A DNA stretch of 64,000 bases from Thecamonas trahens ATCC 50062 (lineage: Eukaryota; Protista; Apusomonadida), in contig NW_013657676.1 in NCBI RefSeq assembly GCF_000142905.1, forward strand, positions 496,001-560,000, read 5' to 3'. The notes under the pieces were generated by a model. It had not been told where the DNA came from. It saw only the letters and a list, made by a program, of their open reading frames with translations, and made no database searches. The position numbers were made by a program, and so were the translations under genes. Positions 54,391 through 63,465 of the stretch are shown here, one piece after another (position 1 is the first letter of the stretch; the number at the start of each line of letters is the position of its first letter).

Positions 54391-55830
54391 ATGCCCCGTC
54401 GCTCGCAGCCTCGAAAGGCAAGCTCCTTCAATGCGACCGGCGCATCTAGCTCGTCTGGCACGTCTAGCACGGCCAGCACAGCTGCGACGACGGCAACGGC
54501 TATCTTGCGAGGCGCATTAACGCCGTTCTGCCTTCTGCTGAAGCTACTGTTCCCGATTGTGACAGACTCAACGAGCCGTGCCATCTTTAAGAACATCTTG
54601 GTGTCAGCATGCAGGTTGTACCAGAACAAGGAAGGAAAGCTCACATTGTACGGTCTCGTTCGAGCCTTACAGCTTGCGATGCGGATAAGCTCGTCCCGGT
54701 CGGGCTTGTCCAGGCTCATGGAGCTCGTCGACATTGGGGAGGCGAACATGGACGAGGAGCTGGCGTCAAAGATCTTCGTGTGGGCGGCCGGACCGCGGTC
54801 TCGCACCAAGCCTGCAAAGAGGGCTGACAAGCGGTACGACGAGCGGCGTGCTGATCTGCTGCAGGACTTCGTCACGTTTGGCGAATTCGACATTGACGAG
54901 TTTGCCCAGTTTCTTCTCGGCGAGCGGTATCTTCGTGTGATGCGGCAGCGAGCCAAGAACCACTGCGGCAACAACAGCGAAGCCCAGATGGCGTACGAGA
55001 AGCAAGACATCCCCACGCCGTCGGAACTTCATGAGGCCATTACCACAATCCGCGGCCTGGACTTTGGCGCCATGGTGGCGCCGTCGATGGCGGCGGGAGC
55101 GCTGCCGGTGCCAGAGCCTGTGGCGACACCGTCGATGGCGACGGGAGCGCTGCCAGTGCCAGTGCCTATGGCGACACCGTCGATGGCGGCGGGAGCGCTG
55201 CCGGTGCCAGTGCCTGTGGCGACGCGGTCGATGGCGGCGGGAGCGCTGCCGGTGCCAGAGCCTGTGGCGACGCGGTCGATGGCGGCGGGAGCGCTGCCAG
55301 TGCCAGTGCCTATGGCGACGCGGTCGATGGCGGCGCGCCCGATGCCGGTGCCAGAGCCTGTGGCGACGCGGTCGATGGCGGCGGGAGCGCTGCCAGTGCC
55401 AGTGCCTATGGCGACGCGGTCGATGGTGGCGCGCCCGATACCGGTACCAGAGCCTGTGGCGACACGGTCGATGGCGGCGGGTGTACTGCCAGTGCCAGTG
55501 CCGGTGGCGAATCCGCAGTGGATGCCCATGCTGTCGCCATCCCCTCCGACGTCGCCGCCTCCACCGCTGCTGATCGAGATTGGGATAGAAGCATCACGAC
55601 CTTGCCACCAAGGCGAGTACTTGACCGAGTCACTTCGGGTAGATGAGAACCAGGGCCATGGGGAGCTCGACGAAGAGTCGTTGGCCGCCGACGACGACAT
55701 GGCGCTCTTCCCACAGCTCATCAGCACGACGCCCAAGCGCCGCCGCGAGCTCGCTGCTACGGAAGACTACCAGCCCCGCCAGCGCCGCAAGCTCAACGCC
55801 AACGGCGGCGAGGCGGATACTTCGTCGTAA
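54391..55830 (+). CDS. hypothetical protein with 9 x 16-aa repeats and C-terminal bipartite NLS-like motif
   Basis: 479-aa ORF with (V/M)AT(P/R)SMAAGALPVP(E/V)P repeats at 55072-55503 and PKRRR...RQRRKL. Confidence 0.6.
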   Translation: MPRRSQPRKASSFNATGASSSSGTSSTASTAATTATAILRGALTPFCLLLKLLFPIVTDSTSRAIFKNILVSACRLYQNKEGKLTLYGLVRALQLAMRISSSRSGLSRLMELVDIGEANMDEELASKIFVWAAGPRSRTKPAKRADKRYDERRADLLQDFVTFGEFDIDEFAQFLLGERYLRVMRQRAKNHCGNNSEAQMAYEKQDIPTPSELHEAITTIRGLDFGAMVAPSMAAGALPVPEPVATPSMATGALPVPVPMATPSMAAGALPVPVPVATRSMAAGALPVPEPVATRSMAAGALPVPVPMATRSMAARPMPVPEPVATRSMAAGALPVPVPMATRSMVARPIPVPEPVATRSMAAGVLPVPVPVANPQWMPMLSPSPPTSPPPPLLIEIGIEASRPCHQGEYLTESLRVDENQGHGELDEESLAADDDMALFPQLISTTPKRRRELAATEDYQPRQRRKLNANGGEADTSS

Positions 55831-55866
55831 GAGCATCGTTTTCTCTATGTCCAGCAGACATCAAAC

Positions 55867-56484
55867 TCACCAAGCCATCACCGCGTCCACTCTGTGGCAA
55901 GCAGCCGAGGCGGCAATAGCTTGTGGGGGTGAGGGAGGAGGCGATGTGAGACAAGGCAGCGAGCAGGACGATGACAGACCGACGAGAGCCTGGTCGGGCG
56001 ACGACAAAGGGCCGGATGGAGCAGGGCGACGTTCAGGATGACAAGGGCCGGCGTGGGTAGCCATGAGCTTGAGCGGGCGGAGGATGTTTGCCTGGTTTGC
56101 ATCGACAACATGCCCATTTGCGATGACTTCGTCGATGATGATGTGAACGAGCTCGAGCCGGAGCATGATGTCGAGCTCTGTCACATCGTTAAAGTAGGTG
56201 TTGAGAGCCTCGACCATGAGCTGAATGAGCTCCAGAGCGGCCAGCTCGTTATCACCATCATCAACACCAATCATAAAGTAGAGCGAGGCATAGCGACGGA
56301 AGCAGACAATGATACCAGAACCATAGGCAAAGAACGATGATTGCTTGGAAGAGCGAGAGACGGCCTTGCGGATGATGTCGGCATGGTCAACAGCTGCTTG
56401 CTCCGCAGAGAGTCCAGAGTGAGGATAGTGCCGCGCAAGTCGCACCTGACCCTGCATATTAGCAATGAGGAGGAAGTGGATCAT
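55867..56484 (-). CDS. AP4S1: adaptor complex sigma subunit, AP-4 sigma-like
   Basis: MIHFLLIANMQGQVRLARHY...FRRYASLYFMIGV...NELAALELIQLMVEALNTYFNDVTELDIM...VHIIIDEVIANG. The true 3' end may lie before 55867. Confidence 0.8.
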   Translation of the reverse strand: MIHFLLIANMQGQVRLARHYPHSGLSAEQAAVDHADIIRKAVSRSSKQSSFFAYGSGIIVCFRRYASLYFMIGVDDGDNELAALELIQLMVEALNTYFNDVTELDIMLRLELVHIIIDEVIANGHVVDANQANILRPLKLMATHAGPCHPERRPAPSGPLSSPDQALVGLSSSCSLPCLTSPPPSPPQAIAASAACHRVDAVMAW

Positions 56485-56740
56485 CTTGTTCTTGCCTGTC
56501 ACCTGTGTGTGGGTCTGTCTCTCCGTGTGCCTGTTGGGCGTGAGGTGTCTGCCCCGTCGGTCGTGTCTCCCGTGGCTGCCTGGGCGCAGCAGAAATCGAC
56601 CGACGGCCGGCAGCTGGCAGCCGAGTTTGCTGTGCAAGGATCGGATGGGGATGTGGAATCGGGGCGGGGCGGGGGGAGGGGGGGGAGGGGGGGTTGAACG
56701 AGAAGAGAGGGATGAGAGTCCTAGCTCAAGCTCCCTGATC

Positions 56741-57225
56741 GCTGCCCTCACACATCACCGCCCTCACACATCGCTGCCCTCACACATCGCCGCTCTCGCA
56801 CATCGCTGCCCTCACACATCACCGCCCTCACACATCGCCGCCCTCACACATCACTGCCCTCACACATCGCTGCCCTCACACATCACCGCCCTCACACATC
56901 ACCGCCCTCACACATCACCGCCCTCACACATCACCGCCCTCACACATCGCCGCCCACCCACATCGCCGCCCACCCACATCACCGCCCACCCACATCACTG
57001 CCCTCACACATCGCCGCTCTCGCACATCGCTGCCCTCACACATCACCGCCCTCACACATCACTGCCCTCACACATCGCTGCCCTCACACATCGCCGCCCA
57101 CCCACATCGCCGCCCACCCACATCACCGCCCTCACACATCGCCGCCCACCCACATCGCCGCCCACCCACATCACCGCCCACCCACATCGCCGTCCCTCCC
57201 TCTCCTCCTCACACATCGCTGTCCT
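56741..57225. repeat. 16-bp minisatellite (CACATCRCYGCCCWCM)n
   Basis: About 28 imperfect copies of cacatcgccgccctca / cacatcaccgcccacc. Confidence 0.9.
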
Positions 57226-57428
57226 CACAGAAAACACCGTCGCACCTGCGACAAAAAGAGCCAACGAACTGTTCCATCGTTTCGAATGAAACAAACCGCG
57301 TGGGTCAGAGGGGGGGGGGGGGGGGGGGAGGGGGGGCAAGGGCACGGGCATCACCTAACTTACGGCCGTCCTTTGAATAGGTGGTTACGTGTGTGTGTGT
57401 GTGTGTGTGTGCGTGAGTGAAAGGAATC

Positions 57429-59300
57429 ATGTCTGTGACGATTACTCTGGACAACGCACCGCCTGGAATGCTGTACCAGGCCGGGGATGTGGTGGCTGGT
57501 GTGGTGACCATTGTGGTGACGGGGAGAGAGACGACACATTATGGAGTCTTTCTCAATGTGGGAGAGGAAGAAGAATGCAAGTGGGAGGCCACAGAGGTGA
57601 AGCATGTCAACGTCGAATCTTCAAAGGCAAAGAACTCTCGTTTGGTCTTGGCAAATGAGTCTGGCGTGCCATCGGGAAAGGTTGCCATCTTGGATACCGT
57701 CTCCTACTCGGGCTCGTCCTCTGCATCCACGTCTATGCAGATCGCAGACTCGGGTGTTCTCCAGCCGGGCTCGCACTCGTTCCCCTTTCGCTTTCAGCTC
57801 TCGCCGGCACTCTCTTCTACTATTGATGGCGTTTCGCTGCCGAGGGCTGGCGCATCGTGGTCGGCTGCCTCGCTCGTCCGGGGCTCGTCGTCGCCGGCGT
57901 CGGGCAAGGCCGTCATCGGCGTCCATGCCACGATGAAGCGGGCGGCGCTCAAGTCCAACTGGCGGGCACACACATCTCTCCGGGTTGCCGCTCGCCATGC
58001 GCCCGAGCTCATGAATCCGGTGTCGGCGTCCGAGTCGAAGACCTTCCTCATGCACTCGGGCGCGCTGGACATGACGCTCTCGCTGCCGCGGTCGGTGGCG
58101 GTGGCGACCGAGGTGCTCCAGCCGGCGCTCGCGATCAACAACGGCTCGACCAAGAACGTGAACACGGTGACGCTTCAGTTTGTCCAGATTTCGACCTTCC
58201 ACGCCTCAACGCCGTCGCGCCGGCGGACCGAGGAGGAGGTGCTGGCATCGATGTCGTTCCCAGGCGCGCCGGCCGGCACCTCGATCAACAACGTGTACTC
58301 GCTCGCGCTGCCTCCCGACCTCCAGCCGTCACGGCATGGGCCGTCTACCAACTCATCGGGCCGAGCTGTGGTAACCAACAGGTACGAGCTCCGGGCGGCG
58401 TGTAACGTCTCGATGGGCTTTGACCTCGTTGCCCGCATCCCCATCTCCATCTTCCACCACCAGGTCTTTTACCTCCCGCCGCCCATGGTTCTCGACGAGC
58501 GGGTGCTCAACGCCGACGAACGCGGTGCAGAGCTGTTCCGCCAGCTGGTGCCCACTCGCGGGCCGAGCCAGGACCTCGCCGACCCTAGTGGCTGCGAGCT
58601 TCTGGTCCACGGCGTTCCGCTCTCGGGCAAGGTTGTCTACCGGTCGTACCGCATGTACTGGATCGATGTTGGCGCCGTCCCGCCGCCGACCGCCACACCT
58701 GTCCCGGCCGGCTCGGGCAAGGAGGCCGACCCCGGCCTTGGCGTTCCCGCGCTCCGCATCAACGCGCGTGGCTCGGGCAAGTCCTCGCTGGTCGTACGGT
58801 ACATGAAGGACAACCAGCCGTCGCAGCTCGGCTCGTCGCACGGCTCGGCCACCGATCTCGGCGGCTACCAGTACGAGCTGGTCATCCGCGCACCAGATCT
58901 TGTGCCTGGGCGGTACTACATCGGCGTGTGGGGCAACCAGTTCCTCCCGCCGACGTCTACCTACACCATAGAGGCGCAGTTCCTCAATGGCGCGCGCTCG
59001 CTCGCCGACGTCGAAGCCGAGGCTGCCGCTGCCGCCGCTGCTTCGTCCTCGGCTGGCCCGCCGTCCTACGATGACTTGCCACCGACCGATGCTGGCTACG
59101 CACCGCCGCGGTACACCTCCACCGCCGCCGGCGCCTCTGCACCGCCACCGATGTCGTCGATGCCTCCTCCGCCGTCGTCATCGTCGATGGCGCCGCCGCC
59201 ATCGGCATCGCCCTACCAAACCCCGCCGCCGGATGCATCGAGTGCCCCTTCTGCACCCCCTCCTGCTTTTAACGAACAGCCGCCGGCATACCAGCAGTAA
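57429..59300 (+). CDS. alpha-arrestin with extra beta-sandwich domain and PPxY tail
   Basis: YQAGDVVAGVV, LQPGSHSFPFRFQL, AINNGSTKNV, ALPPDLQPS and YELRAAC; PPSY, PPRY and PPAY motifs in the tail. Confidence 0.85.
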   Translation: MSVTITLDNAPPGMLYQAGDVVAGVVTIVVTGRETTHYGVFLNVGEEEECKWEATEVKHVNVESSKAKNSRLVLANESGVPSGKVAILDTVSYSGSSSASTSMQIADSGVLQPGSHSFPFRFQLSPALSSTIDGVSLPRAGASWSAASLVRGSSSPASGKAVIGVHATMKRAALKSNWRAHTSLRVAARHAPELMNPVSASESKTFLMHSGALDMTLSLPRSVAVATEVLQPALAINNGSTKNVNTVTLQFVQISTFHASTPSRRRTEEEVLASMSFPGAPAGTSINNVYSLALPPDLQPSRHGPSTNSSGRAVVTNRYELRAACNVSMGFDLVARIPISIFHHQVFYLPPPMVLDERVLNADERGAELFRQLVPTRGPSQDLADPSGCELLVHGVPLSGKVVYRSYRMYWIDVGAVPPPTATPVPAGSGKEADPGLGVPALRINARGSGKSSLVVRYMKDNQPSQLGSSHGSATDLGGYQYELVIRAPDLVPGRYYIGVWGNQFLPPTSTYTIEAQFLNGARSLADVEAEAAAAAAASSSAGPPSYDDLPPTDAGYAPPRYTSTAAGASAPPPMSSMPPPPSSSSMAPPPSASPYQTPPPDASSAPSAPPPAFNEQPPAYQQ

Positions 59301-59404
59301 ACTACAGTGTCATGCCGCTCACCCAGCCAGCTAGCTGTCCCTGTCCGTCCCACTCCGACTCTCAGCCCGCTCTCCGCTCGCCTACACTCGACTCAACCCA
59401 ACAC

Positions 59405-60286
59405 ATGGACGCTTGCATTGTAACTGGCGCCTCTCGCGGACTCGGCCGTGCCATTGCCATGGCTCTTGCCTCTGCACATGCGACGGCTGCGGCTGGTCAA
59501 GACCATCCGCTTCTGTCTGGGGCGGGCATGCTGGCCATGCTGGTGGCTCGAAACGAAGCTGATCTGGCGACCACGGCGGAAGCGGTCAACGAGGTCGAGG
59601 GCGTGACTGCTCGGTGTTTGGCGGCTGATCTGGCGACGGTAGACGAGATGGATGCCCTGGTCGAGTCGATGGTCGGTGCGGTGAAGGATGCGCTTGGAAA
59701 TGGCGATGGCGGCTCGCTCATTGTGGTCCACAACGCTGGCTCGCTCGGCAACCTCAAGTATGTCGATGAGTTCGCCGGAGAGGGGATGGTGACCACCATC
59801 TCGTCGACCATGAGCCTCAACATGTCCTCGCCCATTGCTCTCACTGGAGCGCTGCTGGCTGACGGTGGTATCGCCTCGCTCTTTACCAACGTTGTTGTTG
59901 TCAACATCTCGTCGCTGCTGGCGGTCCAGGCCTTCCCTTGCTGGGGCCTCTACGCCGCACACAAGGCTGGCCGTGACATGTTTTTCAAGGTCCTTGCCAC
60001 TGAGGTGGAGCACATCAAGGCTGAGCGCGGGATGGGTCTTGTTCGTGTCCTCAACTACTCACCGGGCCCGCTGGACACTGCAATGCAGGGCGAGGTCCGC
60101 ACCGCCATCTCGGACGCGAGCCAGCAGCAGCTGTTTGCCGGCATGAAGGAGGAGGGCAAGCTGGTGACGGTTCAGGCGTCGGCAAACAAGCTGATGGCGC
60201 TACTTGCAGGCAACGCGTACGACGACGGCGCACACATCGACTACTACGACGAGCTTCCGGCAGGAGGCGGCAGCAGCAGCGGGTGA
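59405..60286 (+). CDS. SPR: sepiapterin reductase (SDR)
   Basis: IVTGASRGLG, HNAGSLG, VVNISSL, WGLYAAHKAGRDMFFKVLATE, VLNYSPGPLDTAMQ and GAHIDYYD. Confidence 0.88.
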   Translation: MDACIVTGASRGLGRAIAMALASAHATAAAGQDHPLLSGAGMLAMLVARNEADLATTAEAVNEVEGVTARCLAADLATVDEMDALVESMVGAVKDALGNGDGGSLIVVHNAGSLGNLKYVDEFAGEGMVTTISSTMSLNMSSPIALTGALLADGGIASLFTNVVVVNISSLLAVQAFPCWGLYAAHKAGRDMFFKVLATEVEHIKAERGMGLVRVLNYSPGPLDTAMQGEVRTAISDASQQQLFAGMKEEGKLVTVQASANKLMALLAGNAYDDGAHIDYYDELPAGGGSSSG

Positions 60287-60292
60287 TGGCGT

Positions 60293-61443
60293 TTACTTGC
60301 GGCCGTAGACCTTCTTGAACGACCACGGGACATAGTTGTGCTTGCGCATGTGCTCGTACTGCTTGCGGAAGGTGACGGCGGTGAGAACGACAAAGTACAT
60401 GAGGAGGACCGGCCAGTAGACCGGCACGTCAAAGATGGCAAAGAAGGTGGAGAAGAGCGCGGCAAGCGTGGCCCGCGTCGCCGAGTACCAGAACGCAAAC
60501 TCGGGGAGCTTGCGCATAAACGGCCGGTACTCGGAGTCGTCCGACTTGGTCGGCAGCAGCGGCGCGCCGTCGTCGGCCATCGGATCGACCTTGGGCGAGA
60601 CAAAGCCGACGAGCAGGTTGAGGAGATAGATGCCGAGCGCATACGAGACGACGTAGTAGCCCTGCACAAAGACAATCCTCAAGACAAAGAGGAGGAGGAG
60701 GGTGGCAAAGCCTCCCCAGCGGTACTTTTGTGCGGAATGGTATCGTCGAGCATCTTCTTGTACCGCTTGGCCACAAAGCCAAACTTGCCCGCCGACGACA
60801 GATCCGCAAACGCAGTTCCACTCGGCCCGCCGCTGCCCAGGCCCTGATCATCACCGAGGCCGAGCGAAGCCATGTTGCTGGCGGCGCCTGCGCCACCGCT
60901 CGCGCCAAAGCCCGAGTCAAAGGCCAGCGGCTGCGCACCAAACACCACACCCGATCCACCGGTCGGGGGCGCACGAGCAGGGCCACTTCCGGTGCCAGCC
61001 GATACTCCGGGGGACATGCCCGCCGCCTGGCCTACCCCAGACGAGTTGCCGGTTGTAAGCGGCTGAGCACCAAAGACAAGCGGCTGAGCCCCAAAGACCG
61101 GGCCAGCGCTTGCCGGAGCCGGACCAGCGCCAGCCGGGCCGGCGCCCGCAGCAGCAGTCGAGAGAGGAGCAGCTGATGTCGCGGGCTGAGCTGTGGGCGA
61201 GGTGGAGTATCCATAGTTGTCGACGGGTTCAGTAGCGGCGAGAAGGCCATTGGCAGGCGCTACTTGACCAGGATGGCTCTGGCTCTGGTGGTGGTGATGG
61301 TGGTGGTCGTGACCGTCGTCCTCGGTGGCGAGGTCATAGCCAGCAGCAGGGGCAAAGCCTTGGTCATACTCTTCTTGACCTTCGTCAAAGCCAGCATACG
61401 GTCCGTCCGAGTGGTCGTCTTCAACTGCTCCGTCCACGTTCAT
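60293..61443 (-). CDS. RER1: ER retrieval receptor Rer1 with long N-terminal extension (probable frameshift ~60728)
   Basis: YKKMLDDTIPHK|KYRWGGF (one extra A), QGYYVVSYALGIYLLNLLVGFVSPKVDP, EYRPFMRKLPEFAFW and FDVPVYWPVLLMYF. Confidence 0.93.
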
Positions 61444-61625
61444 GCCTTGTTTTCTCTCTTCTTCTCCCTCGACTACCTTTGGAAGCTCGGCGGCGTTGGT
61501 GACGTGTGTCTGCCCTTGCTCTCGTTGGCCGTCGAGGCGGGCCGGGCCGGGTCCGGGGAGGCGACTGGGTGCACGAGAGAATGATTGATGATGATTTCAA
61601 TGAGAACTTAATGGTAGCGGTAGTC

Positions 61626-61780
61626 GAACGATTGTGGCCGAACGAACGATTGTGGCCGAACGAACGATTGTGGCCGAACGGACGATTATCCGAACGAACG
61701 ATTATCCGAACGAACGATTGTGGCTGAGCGAACGATTGTGGCCGAACGAACGAACGATTACGCCAACGAACGAACGATTG
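61626..61780. repeat. degenerate 16-22 bp array with (CGAA)n-CGATT core, 9 units
   Basis: cgaacgaacgattgtggc and cgaacgaacgattatc units. Confidence 0.88.
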
Positions 61781-61907
61781 AGAAAACATTGCCGTGACGT
61801 TTGTCATTAAAATGTCCCCTCCCCAGCAGTTGCTGACACCGCACACCATCACCACCACCCCTCCACCCCCCCACCCCCTCCACCCCCCCACCCCCTCCAC
61901 TTCCACT

Positions 61908-63464
61908 ATGTACTCAACCACCATCATGATTGCTATTATCATGAGCATTGCTGCTGTGCGTGAGAGTCATGGTGATTGTGGGCTTAATGTGACGGTGTCT
62001 GGGAGTGGCGGAAGGTTCACCTCGGGCGTCTCTCCGTATGCTACCGCTACCACATGCTCATGGAATATACTGCCATCGTACTCTTCGTCTTCTATCTCGC
62101 TCAATTATTTCGCAACAGAATGTGGTTGGGACTTTGCTTTCATCTTTCAAGGCTCTCCTCCTCAAGCCCGTCTCATCGCTGCTCTCTCTGGATCCATACT
62201 GCGCCCACCCTCATCACCCTCACCCTCATCATCATCATCACCCTCACAACCATCATCATCATCACCCTCACCCTCATCATCATCATCACCCTCACAACCA
62301 TCATCATCATCACCCTCGTCATCCTCCCCACTCCCCTCGCGTTATGCTTCTTCTCGATCATTGACCTCTCCGGTGACCTACCCAATCGCTGTCACTCACG
62401 GTGAGCCAAGTGATCTACGGGTGTTCTTTGTCTCGGACTCGTTTGTGGCTGATGACGGCTTTGATATGACTTTTGTCTCCACTCCATGTGTTTACGGCTG
62501 TTCGGGCCACGGAGTGTGTGATGCTTCGGCTTCCGCGTGTGTGTGCCAGGCTGGTTGGACCGGCTTCGGCTGCGAACGCCCAGGCCAGACTCCGACCGGC
62601 GGCAGCGACAGCAGTGCCGATCTCGACACCGCCGCCCGCCGCGTCGCGGGTCCATGGGCCACGCTTGATCCCGCCGGCGTCTGTGTCTGCGAACCAGACT
62701 TTGCGCCATCATACGCAGAGTGGATGCGCCGCTCCCGCGGCGGCATTGTCCAGTCGTTCCTCCGCGGTCCGCCCGGCACCGACTGCGGCGCCACCGACTG
62801 CTCCCACCTGCAAGCTTGTCCCATGTGCGAACCGCTCTCGTCATCTGCCCAGGGCTGGTCGGCCTGCAACGCCGCCGGCGAGCCCTGCGCTCGCTTTCTC
62901 CTCGATAACTGTCACCGCGATACTCCCCGCCCAGCCTCGCGCGTCCTCATCTACCTCTTGCCGGGCATCGTCTTACTCATGGGCTGGGGCTGGGCCTGCT
63001 GCCTCTACCCAGTCTACTCGTACATGCATCGCTCATCGCCGGTCGGCCCCGAAGGCGAGTATCAGCACTTTGTCCGCTTCATGCCCGAAGACATCCAAAC
63101 CTTCCGCATCCTCGTGCTCGACTCGACGACGACACCGTCAACTCCGGCACCGGTCCGTGCCGCCCCGCTCCTCTCGCCGTCGCGCTCCGACTCGTCCTTG
63201 CTCTCGGACTCGAGCGACGATTCGTCGCGCCGCCGCTTCAGCGTCATCCCACCGCCGCGCCATTCAGACGCATGCCACATCATCCACCCCTGGGAGTCCG
63301 ACGACGCCGCCATGATCGCCATCCTCCGTCACCCCACTCGAACCTCCACCACTCTCGCTGGCCTCTCACTGGGCGTCGCCAAGCCGACGCTCGCTGCCGC
63401 TTCCGACCACCGCCACGCCCTTCGCCCTTCCTCCTCTCTCTCCTCTGCGTCCTTCGACAAATGA
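61908..63464 (+). CDS. attractin-like single-pass receptor (signal peptide-CUB-EGF-Cys-rich-TM-tail)
   Basis: Signal peptide, CUB with TCSWNI...FATECGWDFAFIFQG...LIAALSG (attractin-type), EGF CSGHGVC...CVCQAGWTGFGC and TM LIYLLPGIVLLMGWGW. Confidence 0.75.
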   Translation: MYSTTIMIAIIMSIAAVRESHGDCGLNVTVSGSGGRFTSGVSPYATATTCSWNILPSYSSSSISLNYFATECGWDFAFIFQGSPPQARLIAALSGSILRPPSSPSPSSSSSPSQPSSSSPSPSSSSSPSQPSSSSPSSSSPLPSRYASSRSLTSPVTYPIAVTHGEPSDLRVFFVSDSFVADDGFDMTFVSTPCVYGCSGHGVCDASASACVCQAGWTGFGCERPGQTPTGGSDSSADLDTAARRVAGPWATLDPAGVCVCEPDFAPSYAEWMRRSRGGIVQSFLRGPPGTDCGATDCSHLQACPMCEPLSSSAQGWSACNAAGEPCARFLLDNCHRDTPRPASRVLIYLLPGIVLLMGWGWACCLYPVYSYMHRSSPVGPEGEYQHFVRFMPEDIQTFRILVLDSTTTPSTPAPVRAAPLLSPSRSDSSLLSDSSDDSSRRRFSVIPPPRHSDACHIIHPWESDDAAMIAILRHPTRTSTTLAGLSLGVAKPTLAAASDHRHALRPSSSLSSASFDK

Positions 63465-63465
63465 T

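Noticed and set aside
61626-61780. CRISPR-like repeat
   Set aside because: Units are contiguous and degenerate, with no spacers.
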